DNA of 64,000 nucleotides from Oscillospiraceae bacterium (GCA_017848055.1 JAGALZ010000021.1:12-64011), one strand, 5' to 3'. Counted from the first letter of the stretch, positions 1 through 9,997 are shown. Notes: a model not told the origin generated them from the letters alone. Program-made: numbers and translations.

Positions 1-369
1 CAATATTCAGTTGTATTAGAATTCCCGTTAGAACTGGGGTTGTTTTAGAAACGATGGAATGCCCGAAAACCGCACAGTTAAAGGCTTTTTGGAAGATTGA
101 CTTCCGTTTGGCGAAGAAGATTTCGAGTCAGTCCCGTTATGACCACTTCGATACATCTCCGAATATTCAAGACTTTAGATATTATATCATAAGACAGTCT
201 AAAAATCAAGTATCAAAACTGATTATTATGAAAAAAATAGATATCTACAATAGTGCTAATTTGTAAAAAACGTATATTTTGCTTTTGTTTCTTGACATTA
301 TGTATAAAAAAGTGTTATTCTATACTATATAGCGTTAAATGAAAGGAGTACCGATTTTTCGGGAAGATT

Positions 370-1626
370 ATGAAGACACCATTTATTACAAAAGCTAAGG
401 CTGAAGAAATTATATCAAAGTTTCCTACACCGTTCCACCTCTATGACGAAAAGGGCATCAGAGAGAACGCAAGACGTGTTAAGGAAGCATTTTCATGGAA
501 TAAAGGTTTCAAGGAGTACTTTGCAGTAAAGGCAACTCCGAACCCATCAATCCTCAAGATTCTCCACGAGGAAGGCTGCGGAGTTGACTGCTCGAGCTAT
601 ACAGAGCTTCTTATGAGCAAGGCTTGTGGAATCACAGGTGAAGAGATTATGTTCTCCTCAAATGTTACCCCTGAACAGGATTATCTCCTCGCAAGAGAGC
701 TGGGTGCAAATATCAACCTCGACGATTTCACACATATCGAGTACCTAGATAAGCTCTGCGGAATTCCTAAGGTCATAAGCTGCCGCTATAATCCGGGCGG
801 AAAGTTCGAGATGCATAATCAGATTATGGATAACCCGGGTGATGCTAAGTACGGCTTCACAAAGGAGCAGCTCATCGAAGGCTTCAAGATTTTAAAGCAG
901 AAGGGCGCTGAGGAATTCGGTATCCATAGCTTCTTGGCTTCCAATACAGTTACAGACGATTATTATCCTGAGCTTGCAAGAATCCTTTTCGAGCTTGCTG
1001 TTGAGGTTAAGAAGGAAACAGGCTGCAAAATTAAGTTTATCAACCTCTCAGGCGGTGTAGGTGTTGCATATAAGCCTGACCAGAGAGGCAACGATATTAT
1101 GAAGATAGGCGAGGGCGTAAGAAAGGCATACGAAGAAATTCTTACTCCAAACGGAATGGACGACGTTGCTATCTATACCGAAATGGGTAGATTTATGCTC
1201 GCTCCTTACGGTCACCTCGTTACTAAGGTGCTCCACTTCAAGCATATTTATAAGGAATATGTAGGCGTTGATGCATGTGCTGCTAACCTTATGCGTCCTG
1301 CAATGTACGGCTCATACCACCATATCACAGTTCTCGGCAAGGAAAACGCTCCTTGTGACCACGTTTACGACGTAACAGGCGGTCTTTGCGAAAATAACGA
1401 TAAGTTCGCCATCGATAGAGAGCTTCCTGAAATCAGCATAGGCGATATCCTCGTTATCCACGATACAGGCGCTCACGGCTTTGCTATGGGCTACAATTAT
1501 AATGGAAAGCTCAGAAGTGCCGAAGTTCTCCTCAAGGAGGACGGCTCATCAGAGCTTATAAGAAGAGCTGAAACACCTGCTGATTACTTTGCTACCTTCG
1601 ATTTTACAGGTCTTTTCAATAAGTAA
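370..1626 (+). CDS. PLP-dependent Orn/DAP/Arg-type (fold III) decarboxylase, most likely diaminopimelate decarboxylase
   Basis: 418-aa ORF. PLP-lysine context FAVKATPNP, glycine loop SGGVGVAY, and C-terminal GGLCENND...HDTGAHGF typical of LysA-like group IV decarboxylases. Stop overlaps the next start (TAATG). Confidence 0.7.
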   Translation: MKTPFITKAKAEEIISKFPTPFHLYDEKGIRENARRVKEAFSWNKGFKEYFAVKATPNPSILKILHEEGCGVDCSSYTELLMSKACGITGEEIMFSSNVTPEQDYLLARELGANINLDDFTHIEYLDKLCGIPKVISCRYNPGGKFEMHNQIMDNPGDAKYGFTKEQLIEGFKILKQKGAEEFGIHSFLASNTVTDDYYPELARILFELAVEVKKETGCKIKFINLSGGVGVAYKPDQRGNDIMKIGEGVRKAYEEILTPNGMDDVAIYTEMGRFMLAPYGHLVTKVLHFKHIYKEYVGVDACAANLMRPAMYGSYHHITVLGKENAPCDHVYDVTGGLCENNDKFAIDRELPEISIGDILVIHDTGAHGFAMGYNYNGKLRSAEVLLKEDGSSELIRRAETPADYFATFDFTGLFNK

Positions 1627-2450
1627 TGAAAACGCTTTTTGTTTCCGACCTGGACGGAACATTGCTGATGAGCGATGTCAAGCTGTCAGAGAACACGAAG
1701 AAGAGCCTCTGTAAGCTCCTTGATATGGGAGTCAATTTCACAATTGCTACTGCAAGGTCACCATATTCGGTGAACAGTCTGTTTGCAGATATCCCGATTA
1801 AGATACCTTGTATACTTATGAACGGCGTAATAATTTATGACATGTGTAATAAGCATTTTGCTGAGGTAGAAAGCATAAATAAAGTAGCGTATGACAAAGT
1901 GCTTTCTATTATCAGAAGCTTCAGGCTGTCGGCTTTTGTGTATGTCGTTGATGATGACAAGCTCATTTCATATTATGAAAACATAACTACTCCGCAAATG
2001 CAGTCGTTTTTTGAGGAGAGAAAGAAAAAATACGGTAAATCTTTCGTACAAACAGAATCACTGAGTAATATCCCTGCCGACAAGGCTGTTTACTTTACAA
2101 TGCTCTATCCAAGAGAAGAACTCGAATCGCTGTGTAAAGCTCTTGACCTTGTCAAAGATATAAGCTATGCTTGCTACGAAGATATATATTCAGATGGGCT
2201 CTGGTATCTTGAGATTTTCAGTAAAAATGCTACCAAATATAATGCGACACTGAAGCTAAAGAAAATGTATGACTTTGATAGGGTAATCGGTTATGGCGAC
2301 AGTCATAACGATTTGCCTTTGCTCGAAGCATGCGACGAGTTTTATGCCGTAAGCAATGCGACACAAGAGCTTAAATCCAGAGCAACCGCAGTAATCGGTG
2401 ATAACAACAGCGACAGCGTTACCAAAGATATTCAAATGCGTATTAAATAA
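1626..2450 (+). CDS. Cof-type HAD-IIB family phosphatase
   Basis: N-terminal FVSDLDGTLL (HAD motif I) and C-terminal GDSHNDLPLL (motif IV). 274 aa. Translationally coupled to the upstream gene. Confidence 0.8.
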   Translation: MKTLFVSDLDGTLLMSDVKLSENTKKSLCKLLDMGVNFTIATARSPYSVNSLFADIPIKIPCILMNGVIIYDMCNKHFAEVESINKVAYDKVLSIIRSFRLSAFVYVVDDDKLISYYENITTPQMQSFFEERKKKYGKSFVQTESLSNIPADKAVYFTMLYPREELESLCKALDLVKDISYACYEDIYSDGLWYLEIFSKNATKYNATLKLKKMYDFDRVIGYGDSHNDLPLLEACDEFYAVSNATQELKSRATAVIGDNNSDSVTKDIQMRIK

Positions 2451-2473
2451 TATTTTGTAAAGGAGTTGATTAT

Positions 2474-4450
2474 ATGGCAGATAATGTTTTGTTCGGTACT
2501 AAAGTCAAGCTTATGGCTTTTATTATTGCAGTAGCTGTTTTGCCATTGATACTCCTTTCTATTGCTACATCGAGTGTTCTTGATGAGTATGATACAAATC
2601 TTGCAATCGAAAACTCACAGAGTGTTGCATATGTTGCAAGTGAGGGTATTTCCGATTATTTTGACAGACTTGTGAAGCTTTCGGAAACTATGGCCGATGA
2701 CCCTGATATAGCTTACTTCGGTAGTGGTTACTCGGAGAATATACATTCGGTTCTCAATAATCTTCTTGATATAGAAAGCTCACTTGACGCAGTTTTGCTG
2801 CTTGATAAAAATGCTAATATTTCTGAGTCTTCTGCTTGGAAAACCGGATATAATCTGCCGACTTTAAATGCTTCGCAGATCGAAAATGATATTAAGTTCT
2901 CCGGTGGTATTTCTTCCATAAAAGAACATACTGCACTCGATAAGATTATTATTTCGTCGTATATAAAGAATGACACCGGCGATGTTATCGGTTTCCTTTC
3001 GCTTGTTGCCGATATGAGCGTGCTTAGCGGTTATGTTACAAACGAAGGTATCGGTGAAGCAACAAGACTCATTATCTGCGATAACAGTGGAAATATCTTG
3101 TCTTCAAATAATACTTCAACAAAGCCGTATTCGGAAATATCCGAATTCAATAAGATAAGTAAGCAGTTTGAAAAGATAATAAGCGGTAAGTTTACCGATA
3201 GCTATACTTATGAAACCGGTTCCGGCGAACAGCTTATGGTAGCTTCTACAATTCCTACCACAACCGATTCTTCAGGACTGTCATGGAGTGTAGTTGTAAT
3301 AACTAACGAGGATATGCTCTCAGCAAGATATAATAGCATTACAAGCAGCCTTAACAGCAGCGTATGGGCTATCAGTGTTCTTGTAATTGTTGTTGTCATC
3401 GTGTTTGTTATTTGGTTTGCAAGACCTATCTCAAACGTTATGAGAATTATGAGCGGTGGAGAGATTAACATATCCTCACAAAGAGTTATTGTAAACGGTA
3501 ATACCGAAATGGATAACATCAACAGACAGATAAATGTATTGCTCGATGCTCTGTCTGAAAGCGAACAAAGATACCGTACAGTCGTGGATATGACCGACAA
3601 TATAGTATTTGAGTATAGTATTCCGAAGGATACCGTATCGTTCAGTAATAACTTTAATAAGAAATTCAGCTTCAGAGCTGTTTCCCTTAAGTATGAGGAC
3701 AGCTTCTTTGTGAAGGCAAATGTTTTTGCTGATGACCTTCAGAGCTATAAGAAATTCGTATCCTCTATGATAGAAGGACAGAATACCCAGGGCGAATTCA
3801 GATTCAGAACAATTTATAATGACTATGCGTGGTATCTCGTAAGATGCGCTTCCATCCGTGACAGCTACAATAAGATTATAAAAATCGTAGGTGTGATGCT
3901 TAATATCGATAAGACAAAGGCAAGAGAACAGCAGCTTATGAATAAGGCATCACTCGACCCGCTTACTCAAGCATATAACAGAGAGTCATTTGAGCTTGCT
4001 CTTCAAAATGAATTTGAGCTTTCTTCAATGCGTAACGGTAAAGATGCTGTCTTGTTCATCGACCTTGATAACTTTAAGCGTTTCAACGACGAGTATAACC
4101 ATACTGTCGGTGACGAGGTACTGGTGTTTACGGTAAACCTTTGTCGTGAGCTTGTTGGTAAGAACGGCTTTGTCGGCAGACAGGGCGGTGACGAGTTTGT
4201 TGTATGCTTCAGAGAAACCGCCGACCTCGATGCTCCGCTTCTGGCGCAGAGAATCATCAGCGGACTCAGCGACGGCTTTGTATCCCCGAGTACCGGTGAG
4301 AAAATTGTTATGTTCTGTAGTATAGGTGTCGCATATCTTGCCGCCGATGCAACTTCTCCGTCTGAAATTATTGATAGAGCAGATAACGCAATGTATAGCG
4401 TAAAGAGAAGCGGAAAATCCAATTATACAGTATACAAGGAAGAAACATAA
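2474..4450 (+). CDS. Membrane sensor diguanylate cyclase (extracytoplasmic Cache-like domain, PAS, GGDEF)
   Basis: RBS AAGGAG 8 nt upstream. Two TM segments (aa ~14-35 and ~296-316) flank a ~260-aa extracytoplasmic region. C-terminal DLDNFKRFNDEYNHTVGDEVL...GRQGGDEF active-site motif. Confidence 0.85.
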   Translation: MADNVLFGTKVKLMAFIIAVAVLPLILLSIATSSVLDEYDTNLAIENSQSVAYVASEGISDYFDRLVKLSETMADDPDIAYFGSGYSENIHSVLNNLLDIESSLDAVLLLDKNANISESSAWKTGYNLPTLNASQIENDIKFSGGISSIKEHTALDKIIISSYIKNDTGDVIGFLSLVADMSVLSGYVTNEGIGEATRLIICDNSGNILSSNNTSTKPYSEISEFNKISKQFEKIISGKFTDSYTYETGSGEQLMVASTIPTTTDSSGLSWSVVVITNEDMLSARYNSITSSLNSSVWAISVLVIVVVIVFVIWFARPISNVMRIMSGGEINISSQRVIVNGNTEMDNINRQINVLLDALSESEQRYRTVVDMTDNIVFEYSIPKDTVSFSNNFNKKFSFRAVSLKYEDSFFVKANVFADDLQSYKKFVSSMIEGQNTQGEFRFRTIYNDYAWYLVRCASIRDSYNKIIKIVGVMLNIDKTKAREQQLMNKASLDPLTQAYNRESFELALQNEFELSSMRNGKDAVLFIDLDNFKRFNDEYNHTVGDEVLVFTVNLCRELVGKNGFVGRQGGDEFVVCFRETADLDAPLLAQRIISGLSDGFVSPSTGEKIVMFCSIGVAYLAADATSPSEIIDRADNAMYSVKRSGKSNYTVYKEET

Positions 4451-4454
4451 AATA

Positions 4455-4477
4455 AAGGCGTACATTTCGTACGCCTT
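4455..4477. terminator. Bidirectional hairpin between convergent genes
   Basis: AAGGCGTAC-ATTTC-GTACGCCTT perfect 9-bp stem between the GGDEF gene and the GDPD gene. Confidence 0.6.
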
Positions 4478-4490
4478 AACATTGTAAATC

Positions 4491-5195
4491 TCAGATGTCA
4501 AAGATGACGTTGTCACTGAATTTCAACGCTTCATCTATCAGTTCTTTTCCTTTTGCTGTCCAGCTCATAAGCCCGCAGCCTGCATTGAATGCCTGCTCAA
4601 TCTGCTTAAAGCTTATGCTGCGCAAATCGCAGTTGATGAAATCAGGTGCCGCAATAAGCTTCCAGACAATAGGGAATGAGCAAAGATATCTCAGGAAGTG
4701 CTTGAAATCCTTTGTAGCTTCAAATTCGGAAATGAGCATTCCTCGGGGTGTTTCTTTCGAAAACAGCCTGAACCACAAAACCGCAAATGGATTAAATGAC
4801 TGAACAGCCCAGAATCCTTTGTAGTTTTTCATCAGTTTTGATAAACGCTTGTACATCTCAAGTGTGGGGCAGTCCTCTTTGATTTCAATAAGAAGTGAAG
4901 CTTTTCCGTCTACTACTTTCAGAACTTCCGAAAGCAGCGGAATCTTCTGATTTGTGTTTTTTAATGTGAAGCAGCAAAGCTGTTCATAGGTGAAATCACT
5001 GACTCTGCCTTCAATGCCGCACATTCTCTCAAGTGTCTTGTCGTGAAAGACGACGATTCTGTAATCAGCGGTAAAACGTACATCAAGCTCAATCCCGTAG
5101 CCGCCCTTTACAGCAGCTATAAAGGCGGGGACAGAGTTTTCCGGTATTTTGTCATTGTGTAATCCACGATGCGCAATAAGTCTTGGAAATTCCAT
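4491..5195 (-). CDS. Glycerophosphodiester phosphodiesterase (GDPD family)
   Basis: N-terminal IAHRG...ENS...GYGIELDVRFTADYRIVVFHD pattern characteristic of GDPD/UgpQ. Confidence 0.8.
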   Translation of the reverse strand: MEFPRLIAHRGLHNDKIPENSVPAFIAAVKGGYGIELDVRFTADYRIVVFHDKTLERMCGIEGRVSDFTYEQLCCFTLKNTNQKIPLLSEVLKVVDGKASLLIEIKEDCPTLEMYKRLSKLMKNYKGFWAVQSFNPFAVLWFRLFSKETPRGMLISEFEATKDFKHFLRYLCSFPIVWKLIAAPDFINCDLRSISFKQIEQAFNAGCGLMSWTAKGKELIDEALKFSDNVIFDI

Positions 5196-5352
5196 ATATC
5201 ACTAGCTCCTTTGCCTGGTTTTGTTCATAATATATTATATTACATCGTTGTGTATTTTGCAATGCAATTACAATAAATTTTCCCGTCACGAGATTATCAC
5301 AATTATATAGTATAATTCGCTTCGGAAAGTCCAAAAAGAAAGGAATTTTAAA

Positions 5353-6561
5353 ATGTCAAAGAAAATTATCGCAGCTATTTTAAGCCTTACATGTGCAGTA
5401 TTGATGCTCGCAGCATGTAACGGCGGTGATTCATCGTCAACGACATCATCAAATGCATCGTCAGCATCTCAGAGCGACTCTTCTGCTGTTCTTCAGAATG
5501 TTCAGGTTGAAACAAGTCTTGTAATTGATGGTAAGGAAATTGACACCAAGGACCTTGAAATGCTCAATATTAACGGAGTTACTGTCGACTTCGATATGTT
5601 CAGATACTATTGGCTCGGATACAAATCAACATTCGAATCTGCAAATATGGAATATACAATCGACGAGCTCAAGGAAATCGTAATTCACGAAATCAAGATG
5701 GCATATACACTCACTGCAATGGGTGAGGAAAACGGAATCGAATACGACGAAAAGGCTCAGACTGAATTCATGGATAGTTATAATGGTATCCTTATGAATT
5801 TTACAGCTGAAGAAGACTACGCAAAGTGGCTTTCTCAGATGTATCTTACAGACAGCGCAGTTCAGGAGTATACAAGAAACAATGTGTATGCTGATCTGGT
5901 ATACGAAAAGCTTTTTGGCGAAAACGGAAAGAATTATGTAAAGGAAGAGGATTTCCTTAAGCTTACAAAATCTGATGAGTATGCAAGAGTAATTCATATC
6001 CTTATTCCATATAGCTATTGTGCTCCGCTTTCCGACGAGGATAAGGAAGGCTGGGACGAGCTTGAAAAGTCCAAGCAGTTTGAAAAGCTCGAGGCTGCAT
6101 ATAACAAGCTTACAGATGAAGAAAAGGAAAAGGTAAAGGCAGAGTCCAAGAAGTTTGCTGAGGAGATTCTCGAAAAAGCAAAGAACGGAGAAAACTTCTA
6201 CCAGCTCGTTGCTGATTATAACTCCGACCCCGGAATGCAGCTTGCAGATAAGGAAGATATCACAAGTCTTGTTGGTTACTACTTTACAAAGGACTGGAAT
6301 TTCGTTCAGGAGTTCCTTGATGGCTCATTTGCTCTCGAGGTTGACGGAATCAGCGATATCGTAGAATCTAAGTCTTACGGATATCATATCATCAAAAGAC
6401 TTCCTGTCGATGAGGAATACGTCGAAAAGAACAAGGCTACTTTACTCAAGGAATATAATGATATAGTATTCAATAAGATATGTGATGACTATTTTGCAAA
6501 CAGCTTGAAGATTGAATACAGCGAGTATTATGACAAGCTTACACTTGATTCGATAAAGTAG
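5353..6561 (+). CDS. Lipoprotein, PrsA/SurA-like PpiC-type peptidyl-prolyl isomerase
   Basis: Signal peptide with lipobox LMLAAC followed by a Ser-rich linker. C-terminal parvulin-like segment ending SKSYGYHIIKRL. Confidence 0.7.
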   Translation: MSKKIIAAILSLTCAVLMLAACNGGDSSSTTSSNASSASQSDSSAVLQNVQVETSLVIDGKEIDTKDLEMLNINGVTVDFDMFRYYWLGYKSTFESANMEYTIDELKEIVIHEIKMAYTLTAMGEENGIEYDEKAQTEFMDSYNGILMNFTAEEDYAKWLSQMYLTDSAVQEYTRNNVYADLVYEKLFGENGKNYVKEEDFLKLTKSDEYARVIHILIPYSYCAPLSDEDKEGWDELEKSKQFEKLEAAYNKLTDEEKEKVKAESKKFAEEILEKAKNGENFYQLVADYNSDPGMQLADKEDITSLVGYYFTKDWNFVQEFLDGSFALEVDGISDIVESKSYGYHIIKRLPVDEEYVEKNKATLLKEYNDIVFNKICDDYFANSLKIEYSEYYDKLTLDSIK

Positions 6562-6567
6562 TTTTTA

Positions 6568-6596
6568 AGGGCGATGCAAAGCATCGCCCTTTTATT
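6568..6596 (+). terminator. Rho-independent terminator of the PrsA-like gene
   Basis: AGGGCGATGC-AAA-GCATCGCCCT followed by TTTTATT. Its 3' arm and U-tract are part of the 25-bp sequence duplicated at the IS insertion. Confidence 0.8.
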
Positions 6597-6612
6597 ATGC
6601 AGATTTTGTAAT
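6588..6612. repeat. Left copy of 25-bp direct repeat flanking the IS (CCTTTTATTATGCAGATTTTGTAAT)
   Basis: Identical 25-mer found again at 7806-7830, immediately outside the two inverted-repeat ends. Confidence 0.9.
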
Positions 6613-7805
6613 TGTAGTTTTGTCAATGATGTGAGACCAAAAAAGGAAAAAGAAAAGTAACGAGTTTAGTTCAATGCTTTTGCAGCCGGAAGGAGGGGCG
6701 CGCCCCAAGTGGAGACTGCAAAAGCATTGCGAGATCAAGGGCAGGGGTTTTCCATCTCCAGCTGCTTTTGGTTAGGAGATTTCCAGCCGAGAACAGCCAT
6801 AGGAATACTGTTAGAACGGCGCAGATAGCGTTTCATTTGCTCTTGCAGATCAGAGAGGGAATAGAAGCTCAAATAGTTGTAGAAGCGCTCCTGGTCGTTT
6901 CTGTGGCTCCTCTCGACCTTGCCGTTATGCCATGGCGTTCTCGGACGAATAAGCTTATGCTCAATCTTGTATCGTTCACAAAACACGTCAAACGGATGAA
7001 CACGCTTTGTATTGAAAAAATGAGTAAATTCCGCACCATTGTCGGTTTGAATTATCTTGGGAGCATAACCGAAGAAGGTGATAGCTCGCTTTACAAAGTC
7101 GATTGTAGAATAGCTGCTGTTCTCCTCATAGACATAGATAAAGCGCTTCCTTGAGGCTTCCTCAATCATGGTATATTGATAGAATTTCTTGCCGTCTTTC
7201 CCAACATAACAGACCCTTGGAACGAATTTAACGTCCATTTGCCACTTGATACCAATCATAGTTGGGGTATCATAAGGCTTGTTATGTAAGGATTTCTTCT
7301 TTGTAGACTCAGCTTTTTTACGAAATCCAAGACGAACAAACACTCGGTAGAGAGAACCGGGATGACGAGAATACGCCTTGTCCTCACGCAGCTTCCCGTA
7401 CAGTTCTCCTAAAGATATGTTGGGATTGTGGCGGTGGTAATCTTTGATCCACTTTATCTCCTGTTCGGTGTGAGCGTTCGGGTGGGGAGAATGAGGACGG
7501 TGAGACTTGGGCATAAGGGATTCTCGCGTGCCGTTATACTGCTTATTCCATCTCATCAGAGAGGCCTTTGAGATCTTATACTTCCTGCAAACGTATGAAA
7601 TGTCCTTTGTCTGACGATAAAGTTGCACGGAATTGAATTTTGTTGTGATTTCATGTGGACAGTAGCGTTTGTTTGTGGTATAATGTTTCATAAAGTGATT
7701 GAGTCCTTTCTGTTGGATTTTGTTGTGGTGACTTTATTTTAACAGAACTCAATCACTTTTTCTATACTTTTTTTCTTTTGGTCTCACATCTATTGTAACA
7801 CTACA
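6613..7805 (-). mobile_element. Insertion sequence (~1193 bp), single DDE/rve transposase, IS481-like (IS3 superfamily ends TG...CA)
   Basis: Imperfect ~45-bp terminal inverted repeats: TGTAGTTTTGTCAATGATGTGAGACCAAAA at 6613, and the reverse complement of 7761-7805, TGTAGTGTTACAATAGATGTGAGACCAAAA. One transposase ORF, flanking direct repeats, and an internal hairpin at 6672-6728 downstream of the transposase stop. Confidence 0.85.
6735..7691 (-). CDS. DDE transposase with integrase-core (rve) domain, IS481-like
   Basis: 318 aa. N-terminal HTH region (CRKYKISKASLMRWNKQY). Catalytic-core signatures WQMDVKF, IQTDNGAEFT and PWHNGKVERSHRN (D, D, E). Confidence 0.85.
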   Translation of the reverse strand: MKHYTTNKRYCPHEITTKFNSVQLYRQTKDISYVCRKYKISKASLMRWNKQYNGTRESLMPKSHRPHSPHPNAHTEQEIKWIKDYHRHNPNISLGELYGKLREDKAYSRHPGSLYRVFVRLGFRKKAESTKKKSLHNKPYDTPTMIGIKWQMDVKFVPRVCYVGKDGKKFYQYTMIEEASRKRFIYVYEENSSYSTIDFVKRAITFFGYAPKIIQTDNGAEFTHFFNTKRVHPFDVFCERYKIEHKLIRPRTPWHNGKVERSHRNDQERFYNYLSFYSLSDLQEQMKRYLRRSNSIPMAVLGWKSPNQKQLEMENPCP

Positions 7806-7830
7806 CCTTTTATTATGCAGATTTTGTAAT
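7806..7830. repeat. Right copy of 25-bp direct repeat flanking the IS
   Basis: Exact copy of 6588-6612. Confidence 0.9.
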
Positions 7831-7834
7831 GTCA

Positions 7835-7863
7835 TTGACATATAAATATTGATGTGATATAAT
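7835..7863 (+). promoter_or_regulatory. Sigma-A type promoter of the CapD-like gene
   Basis: TTGACA (7835-7840), 17-nt spacer, TATAAT (7858-7863) with extended TG (TGATATAAT). Confidence 0.65.
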
Positions 7864-7962
7864 ACAAGGGAATGGGTATCAATAGGTATGATTTGTGATT
7901 ATCGGATATACAATATATTGTGTGTATGGATGCCCATAAATATATTAAAATGGGTGTTTAAG

Positions 7963-9879
7963 ATGAAGAGTTTTTTGAAACAATTCAAATATCGTAAGAT
8001 AATACTTTCCTTGGCTGACGCTTTTATTATCATCGTGTCGTCAATGATTACAAGCTTCTTGTTTGATTTGTTCGGTAATCCCATTAACGCAAAAAAGCTC
8101 GTCTTATATATGGGACTTGATACAGTAATTACCGTTGCGGTTATGGTTATTTTCGGTATCTACAGTATTATGTGGAGATATATGAAAAAGAAAGATTTTC
8201 TGACCTGCCTCTACGGAGTTGTATCGGGAGCCTTTATTACTACAATACTGCTGTATGCCGCCGGAACAAAAATCAATGTTTTATATGCAGTTGTAAGTAC
8301 CCTTATTGCTACTTTTGGAATCTGTTTGTTCAGGGTTTTGTTCAGGCAGACCTTTATTGACCTTGTTGACATTGGCGCAAAGCAAACAGGATATAAGAAT
8401 ACAATGATTATCGGAGCCGGAAGAGCGTGTAAAATGCTTTTAGGAGAGCTTCTGGGTGCTGATAATGCAGCAGGCGCAGGTAAGCAAAACGAAAACAAGT
8501 ATCGTCCTGTGTGCATTGTAGATGACGATACATCAAAGATAGGTACCGATGTAAAAGGTGTTACTGTAGTCGGAACTACCGATGATATCGAAAAATTCGT
8601 AGAGGAAATGAAGATTGAACAGATAATTCTTGCTATACCTTCATGTTCCGAAAACGACAGACTCAGGATTATGGAAAGTTGCTCAAAAACGAAGCTTCCG
8701 ATTAAGATAGTTCCTTTTATAGGTAATTTGATTCTTGATAATGCAAACACAACACTTCTCCCTCAGGTAAGAGATATCAACGTTGAAGACCTTTTGGGAA
8801 GAGAGTCTATTAAATTTGATAATAAGTATATCGATTCGTTTATCAGAGGAAAAATCTGTATGGTAACCGGCGGAGGTGGGTCTATAGGCTCCGAGCTTGT
8901 ACGACAGATTGCAAAGTATGGTCCGAATAAAATTATCATTGTCGATATCTACGAGAATAATGCTTATGACATCCAGCAGGAAATCACCATGGAGTATGGT
9001 GATTCGCTTGAACTTGTAACGCTGATAGCCAGCGTGCGTGATTACTACAGAATGAATCAGATTTTCAAGAAGTTCCAGCCGCAGATAGTGTTCCACGCCG
9101 CAGCACATAAGCATGTTCCGCTTATGGAAAATTCTCCGATGGAAGCTATCAAGAATAATATCATCGGCACATGGAATACAGCAACCTTGTCGCAGTTCCA
9201 TAACGTAGAGAAGTTTGTAATGATTTCAACGGATAAGGCTGTTAATCCTACTAATGTTATGGGTGCTTCCAAGAGATGCTGTGAAATGATTGTGCAGTAT
9301 CTTTCTCAGCAGCACGAGGGAATTACTGAATTTGTAACCACAAGATTCGGTAACGTCCTTGGCTCAAACGGCTCTGTTATTCCTCTATTTAAAAGACAAA
9401 TCGAGCAGGGCAAGCCCGTTACTGTAACTCATCCTGATATCATAAGATATTTTATGACAATCCCCGAAGCGGTAAGTCTTGTTATGGAAGCCGCTGCAAT
9501 TGCTAACGGAGGAGAAATCTTCGTTCTCGATATGGGTCAGCCGGTAAAGATTGTAACACTCGCCGAAAATCTTATCCGTATGTACGGTAAGGTTCCTTAC
9601 GTCGATGTTGAGATTAAGTTTACAGGACTCAGACCCGGTGAAAAAATCAAGGAAGAACTTCTGATGAATGAAGAAGGACTTCAGAAAACAGATAATAAGC
9701 TTATATTTATAGGCAAGCAAATCGAAATAGACGACAAGAATTTTGCAAATCGTCTGAGTGCTCTCCGTAATGCTGCAGAAAAGAACGATGAAGCTTTAGC
9801 AATATCAGAGCTTCATAAAATGGTGCCTACATTTGTAACACCAGAAGAGTTTAACAGTAAAGCAATGATGAGCAGATAA
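7963..9879 (+). CDS. Membrane-anchored polysaccharide biosynthesis protein CapD/PglF/WbpM-like (UDP-sugar 4,6-dehydratase)
   Basis: Four N-terminal TM segments, then Rossmann motif MVTGGGGSIGSEL and FHAAAHKHVP, TDKAVNPTNVMGASKR (SDR Y/K region). The ORF is open from 7888. ATG at 7963 (MKSFLKQ) is preferred as the start, but this is uncertain. Confidence 0.85.
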   Translation: MKSFLKQFKYRKIILSLADAFIIIVSSMITSFLFDLFGNPINAKKLVLYMGLDTVITVAVMVIFGIYSIMWRYMKKKDFLTCLYGVVSGAFITTILLYAAGTKINVLYAVVSTLIATFGICLFRVLFRQTFIDLVDIGAKQTGYKNTMIIGAGRACKMLLGELLGADNAAGAGKQNENKYRPVCIVDDDTSKIGTDVKGVTVVGTTDDIEKFVEEMKIEQIILAIPSCSENDRLRIMESCSKTKLPIKIVPFIGNLILDNANTTLLPQVRDINVEDLLGRESIKFDNKYIDSFIRGKICMVTGGGGSIGSELVRQIAKYGPNKIIIVDIYENNAYDIQQEITMEYGDSLELVTLIASVRDYYRMNQIFKKFQPQIVFHAAAHKHVPLMENSPMEAIKNNIIGTWNTATLSQFHNVEKFVMISTDKAVNPTNVMGASKRCCEMIVQYLSQQHEGITEFVTTRFGNVLGSNGSVIPLFKRQIEQGKPVTVTHPDIIRYFMTIPEAVSLVMEAAAIANGGEIFVLDMGQPVKIVTLAENLIRMYGKVPYVDVEIKFTGLRPGEKIKEELLMNEEGLQKTDNKLIFIGKQIEIDDKNFANRLSALRNAAEKNDEALAISELHKMVPTFVTPEEFNSKAMMSR

Positions 9880-9892
9880 AGTATACTCAAAT

Positions 9893-9937
9893 AAGTCCGG
9901 TTCTGTAAAAGGAATCGGACTTAAAAATTTTTTTTGA
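9893..9937 (+). terminator. Rho-independent terminator
   Basis: AAGTCCG...CGGACTT stem followed by AAAAATTTTTTTT. Confidence 0.6.
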
Positions 9938-9997
9938 AACCCATGCAACCTTTTGTCACCCACCGGTGTGTTACTAGTGAAGAAGGGAGTCGGTTAT

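Noticed and set aside
3-266. Frame 3 is open from the window edge to 266 (the ORF track lists 54-266, 70 aa), which could be the 3' end of a gene or a small CDS.
   Set aside because: There is no RBS before the ATG at 54. The composition is K/I/S-rich with no recognisable motif, and the region looks like an AT-rich intergenic or promoter region upstream of the decarboxylase gene. I also looked for an L-box or other riboswitch cores here and found none.
2728-4516. Antisense ORFs inside the GGDEF gene (82, 130, 139 and 163 aa). Similar long antisense ORFs occur inside other genes, for example 8211-8750, 8683-9201, 29458-29967, 38017-38529 and 49337-49804.
   Set aside because: They lie fully within and opposite to genes with strong family signatures. 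They lack an RBS, and their composition is typical of shadow frames.
6588-7830. The 25-bp direct repeats read as attL/attR of an integrated prophage or genomic island.
   Set aside because: The bracketed segment is only 1.2 kb and contains only a DDE transposase with terminal inverted repeats. There is no tyrosine or serine recombinase and no cargo.
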